From Nymphaea colorata (lineage: Eukaryota): a stretch of 64,000 nt of DNA. A program made the translations under genes and the position numbers. Under the pieces are notes generated by a model, which was given only the letters and a program-made list of their open reading frames with translations, had not been told where the DNA came from and did no database searches. This document shows, in pieces, positions 36,843 through 50,092 of the stretch. Within the stretch, counting starts at the first letter, position 1. The number at the start of each line of letters is the position of its first letter. Where the stretch lies: NCBI RefSeq assembly GCF_008831285.2, contig NC_045138.2:21762001-21826000 (forward strand), read 5' to 3'.

Positions 36843-39800
36843 ATGGCGTCCCTGTCGCAGAACCCGTCCAAGAAGGCCCTTCGGAGTCCCGGTGGCTCCA
36901 GCACGCAGGGATCCCGCAATACCACCGGCCAGACGGTGAAATTCGCCCGACGGACGTCCAGCGGCCGGTACATCAGCCTGTCGAGGGAGGACCTCGACTT
37001 GTCTGGGGAGATCGGGGGAGACTACATGAACTACACGGTGCACATACCCCCGACGCCGGACAACCAGCCGATGGCCGATGAGTCGGTGGCGGCCAAGGCG
37101 GAGGAGCAGTACGTCTCCAACTCGCTCTTCACGGGCGGGTTCAACAGCGTGACGCGAGCGCACCTCATGGACAAGGTGATCGAGTCGGAGGTGAGCCACC
37201 CGCAGATGGCGGGGGCGAAGGGGTCCGCCTGCCAGATGCCAGCCTGCGACGGCAAGGCCATGCGGAACGAGCGCGGCGAGGACATCGACCCCTGCGATTG
37301 CAAGTTCAAGATATGCAGGGACTGTTACATGGATGCCCAGAAGGATAGCGGCGTCTGCCCCGGCTGCAAGGAGTCCTACAAGCTCAACGAATTCGACGAC
37401 GACATGCCCGACTTCATGACCGGTGGCCAAGGCGTGCTGCCACTGCCGGCGCCGGCCTCGTCCGGCTCCTCCTCCGCCGACGCCGGTGGACCAGGTGGCG
37501 GGCAGAAGATGGACCGCAGAATGTCGGTAATGAAGTCTAACAAATCAATGCTGATGAGAACGCAGACGGGGGAGTTCGACCACAACCGTTGGCTATTCGA
37601 GACCAAGGGCACGTATGGCTACGGTAACGCGTTCTGGCCGAAGGAGGAGGAGATGTATGGTGGCGTAGAGGGAGGTCTCGGCGGCCCGATGTCAGACATG
37701 GCGGACAAGCCATGGAAGCCCCTCACCCGGGTCATCCCCATTCCTGCAGGCATCATCAGCCCCTACAGGTAACGTAAGGCATAATCTTCACTTTAATGGC
37801 GGATTTCTGATTCGTGGTGGGGAGAAGAGGGGGAGGGTAATAACTAACTGAAAACTATTCATTAATGAACGTGCGCTTGTGGGTATGGCGAGTTTTGCGC
37901 AGGTTGTTGATAGTCGTGCGATTGGTGGTGTTGGCCTTCTTCTTGACGTGGAGAGTGAAGCACAAGAATGAAGATGCTATCTGGCTATGGGGGATGTCCG
38001 TCGTTTGCGAGATCTGGTTCGCCTTCTCGTGGATACTTGACCAGATGCCCAAGCTCTGTCCTATAAACAGAGCCACAGACTTGCAGGTGCTGAAGGACAA
38101 GTTCGAGATGCCGTCGCCGTCGAACCCGACGGGCCGCTCCGACCTGCCAGGTATCGACTTCTTCGTCTCGACGGCCGACCCGGAGAAGGAGCCCCCGCTG
38201 GTCACTGCCAACACCATCCTCTCCATCTTGGCTGTCGACTACCCCGTCGAAAAGTTAGCCTGCTATGTCTCAGACGATGGTGGCGCCCTCCTCTCCTTCG
38301 AGGCCATGGCGGAGGCAGCCAGTTTTGCCGACATCTGGGTGCCGTTCTGCCGGAAGCACGACATCGAGCCGCGCAACCCGGATAGCTACTTCAACATCAA
38401 GGGTGACCCAACGAAGAACAAACGGCGGTCGGACTTCGTGAAGGACCGGCGGAGGGTGAAACGCGAGTACGACGAGTTCAAGGTGAGGATCAACGGGCTC
38501 CCGGATTCCATCCGCCGGAGGTCCGACGCTTTTAATGCCAGGGAAGAAATGAAGATGCTAAAACACATGCGCGAAAGCGGCGCCGATCCGTCGGAGCCCC
38601 TCAGGGTGAAGAAGGCCACCTGGATGGCCGACGGCACTCACTGGCCGGGCACCTGGGCAGTTCCTTCCAACGATCACAAAAAAGGCGACCACTCCGGCAT
38701 TCTTCAGGTACGCAAATCCTATCGGTCCATTAATCGTTGAGCTTCTTCCTCCTTCCCTTGCTGATTCCGTGAAAACGGAAACGTCGACGATGACAGGTGA
38801 TGCTGAAGCCGCCGAGCAGCGACCCACTTATGGGCTGCGCCGACGACGATAAGCTCATCGACTTCACGGACGTCGACATCCGCCTGCCGATGCTGGTCTA
38901 CATGTCGCGAGAGAAGCGCCCCGGGTACGACCACAACAAGAAGGCGGGAGCCATGAACGCGCTGGTGCGAGCTTCGGCAGTCATGTCCAACGGGCCATTT
39001 ATCCTTAACCTAGACTGCGACCACTACATCTACAATTCCCAGGCCATTCGTGAGGGAATGTGCTTCATGATGGACCGCGGAGGAGAGGACATATGCTACA
39101 TCCAGTTTCCGCAGAGGTTCGAGGGCATCGACCCCTCCGATCGGTATGCCAACCATAACACCGTCTTCTTCGACGGCAACATGCGTGCCCTCGACGGCCT
39201 TCAGGGCCCCGTCTATGTTGGCACCGGCTGCCTCTTTCGCCGCATCGCCCTCTATGGCTTCGACCCTCCGTCGAAGCGCAAGTCCTCCCGCAAGAACAAG
39301 CCGCCACCGGAGTCCGACACTCAGGCCCTCCGAGACGACATGGTCGAGTACGACGACGAGATCGGTATGGAGATCCACCCCAAACGGTTCGGCAACTCCA
39401 CCGTCTTGGCGGAGTCGATCCTGGTGGCGGAGTTCCAGGGACGCCCGCTAGCAGACCACCCAGCTATTCAGAACGGCCGGCCGCCGGGGGCGCTTCTGGC
39501 ACCGCGCGAACCGCTGGATGCGTCGACGGTGGCCGAGGCCGTGAGCGTCATCTCGTGCTGGTACGAGGACAAGACGGAGTGGGGAGACCGGGTGGGGTGG
39601 ATCTACGGGTCGGTGACAGAAGACGTGGTGACGGGTTATCGAATGCACAACCGCGGGTGGCGGTCGGTCTACTGCATCACGAAGCGCGACGCCTTCCGTG
39701 GGTCGGCGCCGATCAACCTGACGGACAGGCTGCACCAAGTGCTGCGATGGGCGACCGGCTCCGTCGAGATCTTCTTCTCCCGCAACAACGCCTTCCTGGC

Positions 39801-40521
39801 CAGCTCCCGCCTCAACATCCTCCAGCGCATCGCGTACCTCAACGTTGGCATCTACCCCTTCACCTCCCTCTTCCTGCTCGTCTACTGCTTCCTGCCGGCG
39901 CTCTCTCTCTTCTCCGGCCACTTCATTGTGCAGACGCTCGACGTGACCTTCCTGGTCTACCTCCTGACCATCACCACCACCCTCATCGTGCTGGCCCTCC
40001 TGGAGGTTAAGTGGTCGGGCATCGGGCTCGAAGAATGGTGGAGGAACGAGCAGTTTTGGCTGATTGGAGGCACAAGCGCTCACTTCTACGCCGTGGTGCA
40101 GGGGTTGCTGAAAGTCATCGCCGGAATCGAGATCTCCTTCACCCTCACCTCCAAGTCCGCCGGAGAGGATAACGAAGACATCTACGCCGACCTCTACATC
40201 GTGAAGTGGTCGTCCCTCATGATCCCGCCCATCACCATTATGATGGTGAACCTGATCGCCATTGCCGTCGCCTTCTCGCGGACGATCTACAGTGAGGTGC
40301 CGCAGTGGAGCAAGCTGTTGGGTGGTGTGTTCTTCAGCTTCTGGGTGCTTGCGCATCTGTATCCGTTCGCGAAAGGGTTGATGGGGAGGAGAGGAAGGAC
40401 ACCCACCATCGTGTTTGTATGGTCTGGTTTGATCGCCATCACCATCTCATTGCTGTACATTGCCATTAATCCTCCCAAAAGCACGACGTCGGTTGGTACC
40501 AGTGGTTTTCAGTTTCCCTAG
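36843..40521 (+). CDS. CSLD4: Cellulose synthase-like protein D4 (GT2 family), 1151 aa
   Basis: Exons 36843-37768, 37903-38707, 38797-40521 (3456 nt, GT-AG, phases consistent). N-terminal [15 protein letters not shown] and [18 protein letters not shown]-like Cys cluster, catalytic DDG / DCD / TED / QVLRW motifs, multiple TM helices. Confidence 0.96.
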
Positions 40522-40622
40522 ATGAATTGCATCACGGTGGGTCATGATATCGTTTGAATCAATCAAGAACGCAAGGGAAACTTAATCTTCATGCATGGAT
40601 CGTGAGAGAGCGCGTGCTCGCG

Positions 40623-40625
<3 letters not shown>

Positions 40626-40665
<40 letters not shown>
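40626..40665. repeat. (GA)n microsatellite in the probable CSLD4 3' UTR
   Basis: Read directly. Confidence 0.9.
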
Positions 40666-40669
<4 letters not shown>

Positions 40670-41380
40670 TGTTGTGATTTGCCTTTAGAGTGATGGCTTG
40701 GCTTCTTTCTTTTTTATCTTCTTCCTTATTTGTGTTTGTGGGGTTAGGCCTGAAAATTCAAACTCGTGGGGGGTTCTCTGACGTCCATTGACAGTGCCCT
40801 GGTCAGAAGAGTTGCAGATCCTGGAAGAAAATTTGAGTTGAAGGAAAGAGAAGGGTAGATCGTTTTCTTGCCTGCCTTCGCTTCGCTGAACACTTTCAAT
40901 CTTTATGCAGCTGACTCGAGCGACACTGTCAATTTCTCCCTTTTTTGCAGGATAATTTACCCGTCCTTTTTCTCCCTTTTCTTACTAATTAGAATATTAC
41001 TCTTCTTTTCTTTTCTTTTTTTTTTCTCATTGAAATGTGAATGTTTATGATACAATTTTACAAATAATATTCAATAGAGCTATGGCAGTTAAACACTTTT
41101 TTTTTCAATTTAATTTGTGGGTGCAGGCAGATCATATAACTTTTAAATCTGCATGGCCAGCTTGGGGGATAGCGCGTCTCCATTCCATCGAACAAACGAT
41201 TTTAGGTCCCATCATTAGTGTTGGCACTGTGGAAATTACTCCCGACCTTACTAAGTCACCTTGCCATTGGAGTCATTCATGTGACTGTTGATCGATTTTG
41301 ATGACTCTAACAAGACAATATGGATAATCCCGGTTGTCGGGCAGCTCAAACTTGATTAACCCAGTCCAAACTGCCAGAAC

Positions 41381-42406
41381 TAGAAATGTCAACGGATCGG
41401 ATTCGGATCAGATATTTGTTCGAATTGCCTTTAAAAAAATCTGATATTATAAGCAATTTAACATCTCAATAAGAAAATTGGATTGGATTCAGATTTAATA
41501 AATAACATCCGATCTTATCGGATTGAATACAAATTCGGATTCGGAGCGAATTACAGCTTGTTATCTGAATCCAAACCACCGTGAGTTGATATCCGAATAT
41601 GAAACGCATGTGCTGACGTCCAAATCCGACGATATTTGAATCCGAATATGAGAGCTTGAGTTGGTGGCCCCACGTTTTTTATGAGTTCAAGCTGTTTCTA
41701 TGAAACATATTTATTTGTGATTAATTTTCATATTTTTAAAAATACTCATTTTATTGAAATTTCTTTATACAAGTTTTATTATTATTTTTAATTAAATAAA
41801 TACATTATTTATGATATCCTGTTTAGTTGATGCTTTAAGTATAATAGTTTGCTTGCTTCCACAAAAACGTTTAATTAAATACAATATAAATTATTAATTA
41901 ATTAGTTTTATGTGATATAGTTTTAAATACTTTAAGTTAAATGGTATATATGGTAACTATTTGACTATTATTATATGCAACTTCATAAAAGTCTTTACCT
42001 CTTATTCAGATTATACCTTCATGCACAATTTATATTCTTCTTGTGTCATAACTTTAAGTTGGTGCATTTGGCTAGACCTTTTGCTCAAAAGTCGCAACTT
42101 CAAAATGTGGAGACACCAACTTAAGCTTTCGGATATAACTTAAAAGTTGGATTTGGATCAGATTCAGATATAACTTAAAAGTCGAATTCGGATCAGATTC
42201 AGATATAGCTTAAAATTAAGATTCATGTATAACTTTAAAATCGGATTCAGATATAACTTAAAATTCGAATGTAGATTTTAAGGTCGGATTCAGATATAAT
42301 ATAAACTTTTTTTCATCCGAATTCGTGTCCTAATCCGAATCCGGATATATGAATATTCGAAAAATTGGATATGATAAAAGGTATATCCGATCCGTTGGCA
42401 TCCCTA
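41381..42406. mobile_element. Longer hAT-type non-autonomous element related to family A
   Basis: TAGAAATGTCAACGGATCGGA ... TCCGATCCGTTGGCATCCCTA; TSD gccagaac/gcgagaat (6/8); subterminal gattcagatataacttaaaa repeats. Confidence 0.8.
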
Positions 42407-42987
42407 GCGAGAATCATTTAAGAACGTGATCGGAATAAAACTGTTTTTGCTGCATGGTTGGAGAATCTATCAGTTAACGGGTCAACGCCTACTGAGTTTA
42501 GCTTAAGCAGTGTATTTACTTTTTTTTTGCCTTTAACTTTCTCGCAACCTTTTTTGTGCTTTTCTTTTTCACTGACCTCATTATCTAAACTGGTTTTTTT
42601 TTGGGGGGGGGGGGCAATTACAAAAATACCTTTATTAAGAGTGTAAAAAAGGATTTTAAAAATTCAAAAATAACCATTCTTTTACAAAAAAAAAATCAAA
42701 AATAATCTCCACCCCTTTTGGTGCATATTTGTAACTCGATCTATCTGATGATTCTGGTGCAATTTTTTTGTACATCGAGTGGTGTTGATAACCAGATTTG
42801 GACTGCCCCTCTCTTGAACAAAATCCTACTCCTGCCAAGTCGGCTATTCACAAAGTTTTGGTCAACCCAATCCACAGCTCGTAAATGCACTATACTAATT
42901 ATTAGGAGGACCAAACCCAAGTTTAATTTTATATATATATATATATATATGTCGTTGACCAGACTTCTAACTGATACTCACTTGATC

Positions 42988-43949
42988 CAGTAGCGTTGCC
43001 ATCGTGGGGCAGGCATGGGCACATGCCTACTCCAGCCCAAGAAAGCTCCATGTGGAATGGAGCCTCATGCCCGTGTTGACACCGTGTTGCCCATGCCAGA
43101 AATGGATCGGGTCCCAGCAGTCTAGAGCGATCCAGCTCAAGAAAACATAAAACAGTAAGCCCCATTGCGCCCAAATTCACCCGACAGTAGAAACTCAGAA
43201 AGGGGAAGGCCGAAGAGCGAAGGGGCAAAGCGGCAAAGGGCAAGGCCGCAAGGGTCAGTCCTCCAAACAGGACGAAGATTAAATTAAGAGATGAGTCTCA
43301 AACGAGCTTGTGATACTCGCTGGAGTTCTCATTATGATGCACCAGTCAATTTAGTCAACATATATCATTTTATGATTAAGGCATTAGATTTTATTGCAGA
43401 AAATATAAGTAAAGGAAAATGAGAGACACTTGAATTTATGCTTACCTTGCAAAATTTTCAGCTATGAACATTATCAAAACTAGGCTTCGTAACAAGATGA
43501 AAGATGAATGAATTAATGATGCTTTCATCACTTATATTGAGAGGAACACATTTGATAGTATTAGTGATTAAGCAATCATGCATCGTTTTCAGAATATGAA
43601 AAACAGACGAAGTGACATGTAATTTTGCTCATGACTATAGTTTTTTTTATTTGCTTTTTTAAACTAATTGTAAATTTGTTTATAACTATAGTCATTTAAG
43701 TTACTTTTAATGCTAATTGTAAATTTGTTCATATTCATATCATTCAATTGACTACCTTGATGCCATTGGTCAATTGTAATTTTGTCCATAATACTAATGA
43801 TATGATTTGCTTGTTGGGACCCATTGTAACTTTATTCATAACTATGATTATTTGCTTTATTTTTAAAATAACATATATTTTAGTTTGAAATTTTTTTCAC
43901 ATACTATGTACTAGTACCCCATAGCTAAAAATTTCTCGCTTTGCCACTG
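42988..43949 (+). mobile_element. Internally deleted hAT element retaining the transposase C-terminus
   Basis: TIRs CAGTAGCG / TGCCACTG; perfect 8-bp TSD ACTTGATC (42980-42987 / 43950-43957). 43455-43622 translates FSAMNIIKTRLRNKMKDE*INDAFITYIERNTFDSISD*AIMHRFQNMKNRR (hAT dimerization domain). Confidence 0.9.
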
Positions 43950-45979
43950 ACTTGATCCATTTACACAGGACTAAATTGGATTTGTGTAATTTTAATTTCA
44001 TTTCACATGATTAAGCTCCTACTTGCACTTATTTAACAATTTGACAATTAAACTCCTGTAGCTTTGAGCTTATATATAGAATATAATCGTCTATGTGCAT
44101 CTTTCTGTACACAGTATACGGTAGGGCTGCACGTTGACCTGAAGTAGCGTTGATGCACAATTTTTATATTAGAAAACCATGCTCGTCAACTCGAGCTCAT
44201 GAGTGCCATAAAAGTTAAGCCGGACTGAGCAGCTCGCTCATGAAAGCTGGGTATAAAAATTGTTGTTACTTGGATTATCAGACAGAAATTTTGGTCAAGG
44301 TTTAATTAACTGCTTCAATCCAGATCCTGGCATTGTTGAAACATGAATGCCATTAATGAACTCTTTATTCCCTTGAATAGGCACGCCAAGGTTGTGAATT
44401 TATGTTCATGTTCTTAGAAAAATTTAAACCCTAAATTAAACACAAACTAATTGTTATGGTGCAATTCATGGCTCAAACGCTACCCAACGAAAGCAAAGCA
44501 AAATCTAAGTGGAATGCAGCACATAGGATCTAGGTTGAAGCTTTCATGTTGATTTCAGATTTGCATCCAACTTGTTCAGTCTTTATCCTTCAATGTTTGA
44601 CTGATTTCTCCAATATGTCAACCATCTATGTTCATCATCTATTTATATTTGAGTGCCCAGGCAAGGATAAGCTTTAATCATAGGATATCAACAATTTTAA
44701 ATGTGCTTTTTATTGGATATGATTGGCTCCTTGAAGAGTGTTTCAGCAGTTGTGGTAGCTATCACCACCTTCATTTGGATTTAATCTTGATAGACAGATC
44801 TTTTTCTATATCCATCTTTTTCACACTCACATATGATGGGGCAACCAAAAGTCAATACTTCAAAATATGTCCACAAGGTATTCTCAGTTACATTCTTGCA
44901 GTAGGATCATCCGATTGGTGAGCACTTGTATGGAAAACTACTTGTGTGCCGGTTAGTGCAACATAATAGTTTGACTCGCAAAAGTAAACTAAGCGTTTGT
45001 AGCTGTTTGTAAGAATATGGCTCATTGTTCCTTATATCAAAATTTACTTGCATAAGTCCTAGCACAATCAATCCCTCATTCCACTACATTCCATATTTAC
45101 TATTGAATCAAACGTCTCTTTGATCGATTCGATTTGCCAACAGTAAATATGTGTACATGTATAGCAATCAATGATGTTCCTCTCTCATATATTCATCAAA
45201 TCTGGACCAGCAACTTTCTCAGATATGCCCCATATAGTCAAATCTCTCAGTAATCATTGCCTTATGATACTAAAGTAACCATATTAATTCATCATATCAA
45301 AATTTCATAAGGGCAACTATTAGTTAGATATATCCAGGGATGTGAAATCTCATTATTTTTAGGAACTCGCATCATGAAGAAGCATAGATCATTCTCCAAT
45401 TCTCATTTTGATAGACATGAATGTCAATGCAACATATGTGGTATGTCTCACGTATTATAGAAAGTCTTAACTCATAATTATGAGTCTTATGCATGCACCG
45501 AAGTTATAAATTTCTTGTTATACAGATCCCCAAAAATCCAACATCTTTAGAGAGCCTAATCTTGTCCTCAATGACTATTAGTCGGACTAAGTTAATATGA
45601 GCCATTGGGTATGGTTACCAACACTGCATGATTTGGGTGATCATGTTAGTCTTCTAATTCACAAGACCATCTTGACCTAATCAACTTAATGTGTCGAATA
45701 AAATATGTAAAATGTTATCAATTATACAACACGTCTCCGTTTACCAACATACTAAATTTAGGAAACTAATCTTGCTATCAACCAACATCCCTTTGTGTTG
45801 TTCATCTCATCTCTACCTCTCTATCACGTAGTGCCAAAGGTGATCAATTCACGTAAGTAAACAATCTTGACTTGGCTGCATATTTTTTACATAGATATGT
45901 GACGTGCAATAATTGATCATAAAAAAAACTTCATTTTTTTTGTCACACAGATGTTACATGCTTCTTAAAGATAGGTATG

Positions 45980-46132
45980 CTAATTGGTTTTGAAAGTGGA
46001 TTTGCCACCATCTCATGTATGAAAATATAATTCAATGACACTTTTCTCTTCTAGACTGTATCATGTAGGTTCTTACTTCTAGTGACAATATGTTTGGTTT
46101 TGTAATGAAACTCAGTATTTGTTGCATACAAG
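45980..46132 (-). pseudogene. Ty1/copia RNase H C-terminal fragment
   Basis: Minus-strand translation in broken frames gives YATNTEFHYKTKHIVTR ... EKVSLNYIFIHEMVANPLSKPI (~FHxRTKHIDIR...EMVADPLTKP). Confidence 0.6.
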
Positions 46133-48600
46133 TCACAACTTAATTATCATTCTAGACACTTATAAGGACACTTGTCTTTGAGATAATTCTGAAATGTTTA
46201 AAGGATCTCATCAACCCAACATCGTCTTTGAGACAATTTTTCTTTTATTGTTCCATATATCCACAATGGTCTCCCTCAATCATTCATAATCATTAGATAG
46301 TATGATAATGCCCCAAGCTGTAGGTACTTTTCGAGCATATATCATTATATTCTTGAATTGCTAGTTATATGTTGTTAGTTGTGGTGGCAAACTTTCTCGT
46401 TGACTGGAGTCTTTAGATGAGACTTATACGATTGGATAGATCTTGTGACCAGCTCCCCAACAACACTAAATGTGCTGAGATTGAATTATGTGCAGCCAAA
46501 AACCGGTTTTTGGAATTCTGTGTTCTTTTGAGAATTCTGGAAAACTTAAATATGCTGTTTAAGAATTGGTGAGTTGTTTAACTATAAACGTAGGGTACTT
46601 TTAAGGAATTTAATTACAAGTTAATTGGTGGATTAATAAAATAGATAATCATAGGATTAATGACCTTAAGTGGGATTAGAATACCTTTAGTCATGGCTTA
46701 ATCATGGATTGCTGTTATTAATGAATGAGATTAACCATTAATTTCACTACTAATTTTTAGTACTAAATTACAATTTGCTTGAAATAGAGGGGCTAAATTG
46801 AAAATTTTGGTAAGTTAAAGCGCTGGTCAAGGGTAACTCGACCAACATAGAGGAACTGTGGGAAAGAGAGAGAAGAGAGATGGAAAGAGAGAGAGCGAGA
46901 ACGGGAATCTATATTGTGACTCTAAATCTTGTTACGTATTATTTATAATTGCATGTTATGATACACTGTATGGATGTGCTCTAAATATATGATTGGTGGA
47001 AGTTAGAGTCGTGGCTGTCATGACTATGATATATAGGTGAGTAGCCTAATTATGTGATATATGTGTGAAGGTTGTAAGTTGTGTTACATCTTGTGGAACC
47101 CTATATATTCCATTATAGAGTTATATCATCTTTCAGTGCTCAGAGTTATGTATTTGAATGTGTATTGACAGTGGAGAAGAGAAAATGGGTTGTAAAGAGG
47201 GAAATGAACATGATAAAATAGGATATTAAAAAAACAAAGAATAGAACGGAAGATCATACATTTACTCCTGGCATCTCAAACATGCTTTTGACAAGGAGAA
47301 AATAACCACTATGCTGGTCATTCAAAGTGCAAACAAAAAAAATGGTGCTGGTGGTGGTTAACAGATTCTAGTAGGTATTTCTTGCTGTATATCTCCATTC
47401 TATGAACACCAACTAAATTGAGACACTGAGAGCCCCTTCTTTAAAGAAGAGCCAAGAAGATCTAGTGTTAAAGAGAATGCAAGATGACTAAAAATCTTTA
47501 TCAAGCAGACAACACAGTTATATTTGCAACAGGGAGGTGCTTGATACGTTGAATATCCAATGGGCTTGTCTCTGTAGTTTTAACTTTTAAGTCATACACA
47601 GTATAATTAACTAAATTACACTACGTTTGCTGTTTTGTTTCTTTTATTATTCGGCACTGAAATTTGATAATTTCTTTAGAGCATATTCATTTCTCTTATG
47701 AAAGCAAGAAATAAGGGAATGAAAAAACTGAAGATGGTTCGGGCAAGTAAATTTCAGAACCAGAAGTCTGAGATACTCGGGATGAACAATAAGTAGCATT
47801 AAAATGAATAAATTCCGCGCCATGCAGGTCCAATTACTGAACACCATAGGAACAAAGAAAATAAAATAAGGAAAGATTGACAGAACAATGATGAAGATGA
47901 CCATAAACAAGATGAAGACCGGAGAGGTTCATTAACCAAGCATATCTGAATATTTCAGCAGTCTAACGGAAAAGACAATGAAAGAAAACATAACACAAAA
48001 AGTGGAAAAGTGGAAGGACATGAAGAAGCTAATAAAGATGAAGCAGCAAGGAAAACAAGGAGGGCAACAATAGAGAAGTACACTCTTCAAGAGGAAGAAA
48101 TTACCTGAAAGCTTGTCATCCATAAAGCCTGGAACCAATGAGGAAGAGAAGAAGAGGAATATGAAAGGAAAAAAAGGATAATGATCTACCAAACTGCAGT
48201 GGTGCCACCATCCAGGAACCATCGGTTTCAACAGTGACCCTCAGAGTGCAATTGAATGTGTGGGTAATTCATCCAGGCAAATTAACATTAGATGATTCAT
48301 CCAGATTCCAGGGTAAAGAAATCTACTTCTCCAGGAGGAAAAGCCTGATCCCTGACGTCCAACTTTTTCCACCAAAGAACTCTAGTTGCAGGTAAGTTGT
48401 TGGACGATAACTACTGTTAGAGAATATACAAGTGCTGTTGTGTGTGTGTCTGTATATATACATAGGTGGGACGGTATTATGTTGTATTACCTTTCTGTAT
48501 TTTCTTCTTTTTTATCTCTATTTTTTGGATTTTTCTGTTATTTTTAAATTTGTGGCTCCACTATAGCAGCCCTGCCCCAAACGCTAGTTTTCTATTTTTT

Positions 48601-48910
48601 ATTAGTGTGGATGACATGTTAATAATAGGCAGAAATGTAGAGGAGATTAAGGAAATTAAATTCCTGTCAAAAGACAAGTTTGAAATGACAGAGCTTGGTT
48701 TTCTAACCTATATGAATTGAAGTTACCTATTCTACCAGAGGATAAATTTTATACTAAACAAAACTTGCCTCATATATTATTGTGGTTCAGGGGTTTCAGA
48801 TAATAAGGTTTTGGAAACTTTCAAAATGAAAGTTGAAGATACATTATAGACAACTTGTTAGATCACTTGTGTCTCTCGACATTACAAAGCTCAATATAAC
48901 TCATGTTGTT
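48601..48910 (+). pseudogene. Ty1/copia reverse transcriptase fragment
   Basis: SVDDMLIIGRNVEEIKEIK..KDKFEMTELG (YVDD motif) and a later YRQLVRSL motif. Confidence 0.75.
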
Positions 48911-49303
48911 TAGGCGAGGGGTCAGCCCAATGGTTTAGGCGAGGTTTTTTCGGGCCGACCCCTCGTTGACCGGCCCGAAAAAAATTGGCCTGGGTCGGCC
49001 CAATGGGACCCGACTCAGCTCGATTAATTTTTTAAAATTTATTATTATTTTTATTTATTAATAATATAATTTTTTATTATTAAAAATGTATTTTATATTC
49101 AGAAAATATTTTATATTTAAACAAAACGTTTTTTATTTTAATCGAGCCGGCCCTAGCTTGAGTATTGGGTATCGAGCCAGGCACAGGCTTCGATTTCGGG
49201 CGAAGTGCCGACCCGGGCCCGACTCTTATCGCGCCGGCCTGATGCCCAAGTTTAGTGGGGTTTGGTGTTGGTGCCTAGGCTGGACTAGGCACCAAAACGC
49301 CTA
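48911..49303. mobile_element. MITE-like element (GGCCC/GGGCC-rich ends, AT-rich core)
   Basis: taggcg ... cgccta inverted termini; GC-rich subterminal repeats around an AT-rich centre; truncates the copia RT fragment. Confidence 0.5.
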
Positions 49304-50092
49304 GCCCATGGAAGGTGACTTTTCACCTTCCTTCTTTAAGAATAACCGATTCAATAACGAAATTGCTTTCTAACTTTTCATAACTGATCAATTTCAACAT
49401 GGTGACTGTTTGTAGCTTTGTACCAAATGTCAAAGGCTATGTCACACTGCACCCGAGTCGTGTAGGTGTGGCTCCTGCACACACCCAATGCCGGTCAATG
49501 AGAGTCGGGTGTGGTCAGCTGCACCCGACCAAGATTGTTCGATTTTGGTGCGCACCCGACTAGGGTCAAACATGAGTCAGGTGCGGTCAATCATGATGAG
49601 ACTCCATCTGTCTATTTTTTTATTTATTTTTATCATTTGTTAAAACTAAAAGTTAAAGCACAATAGTGTGCCAAATTGGTTGGAGCTGGTAATCGGGAGA
49701 TCTTCCCTTGACGGCCTACACCATTAGTGATGCTCCTGAACAGAGACGAACCTCAATTTTGGCTACATCTCCTGGAGGCTATATATGCCCAAAAATCGCA
49801 AAATTTTACTTCAGCAGGTTTCTGAGACATTGTATCACTGGCCATAAGAATCTTATCATGAGTACTTGTTAACGAGAAAGTTTCATGTTACAAGGAAATC
49901 AGCTTGCTTCTTATCACAAGTTTACATTTTACACCGTCCATGATTCAAAGAGACAGGTGGCGCTGCACAGTTTGCTTTCAGTCATTGTAGATGTAGCTGG
50001 AGGAAGCATCATTGGATACTTCAGACTGGATTTGTTCTTGTGAAAAAGCCTATATCATTAGGAAGAGACGGGGCAAAGAGAAGCAGCTGATT

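Noticed and set aside
36675..40356. Long antisense or alternate-frame ORFs over CSLD4 (251 aa, 302 aa)
   Set aside because: Expected shadows of a coding sequence with high third-position GC.
46440..48420. Possible additional LTR or retroelement-derived block
   Set aside because: Composition is suggestive, but no paired LTR, PBS, PPT, TSD or protein motif could be delimited.
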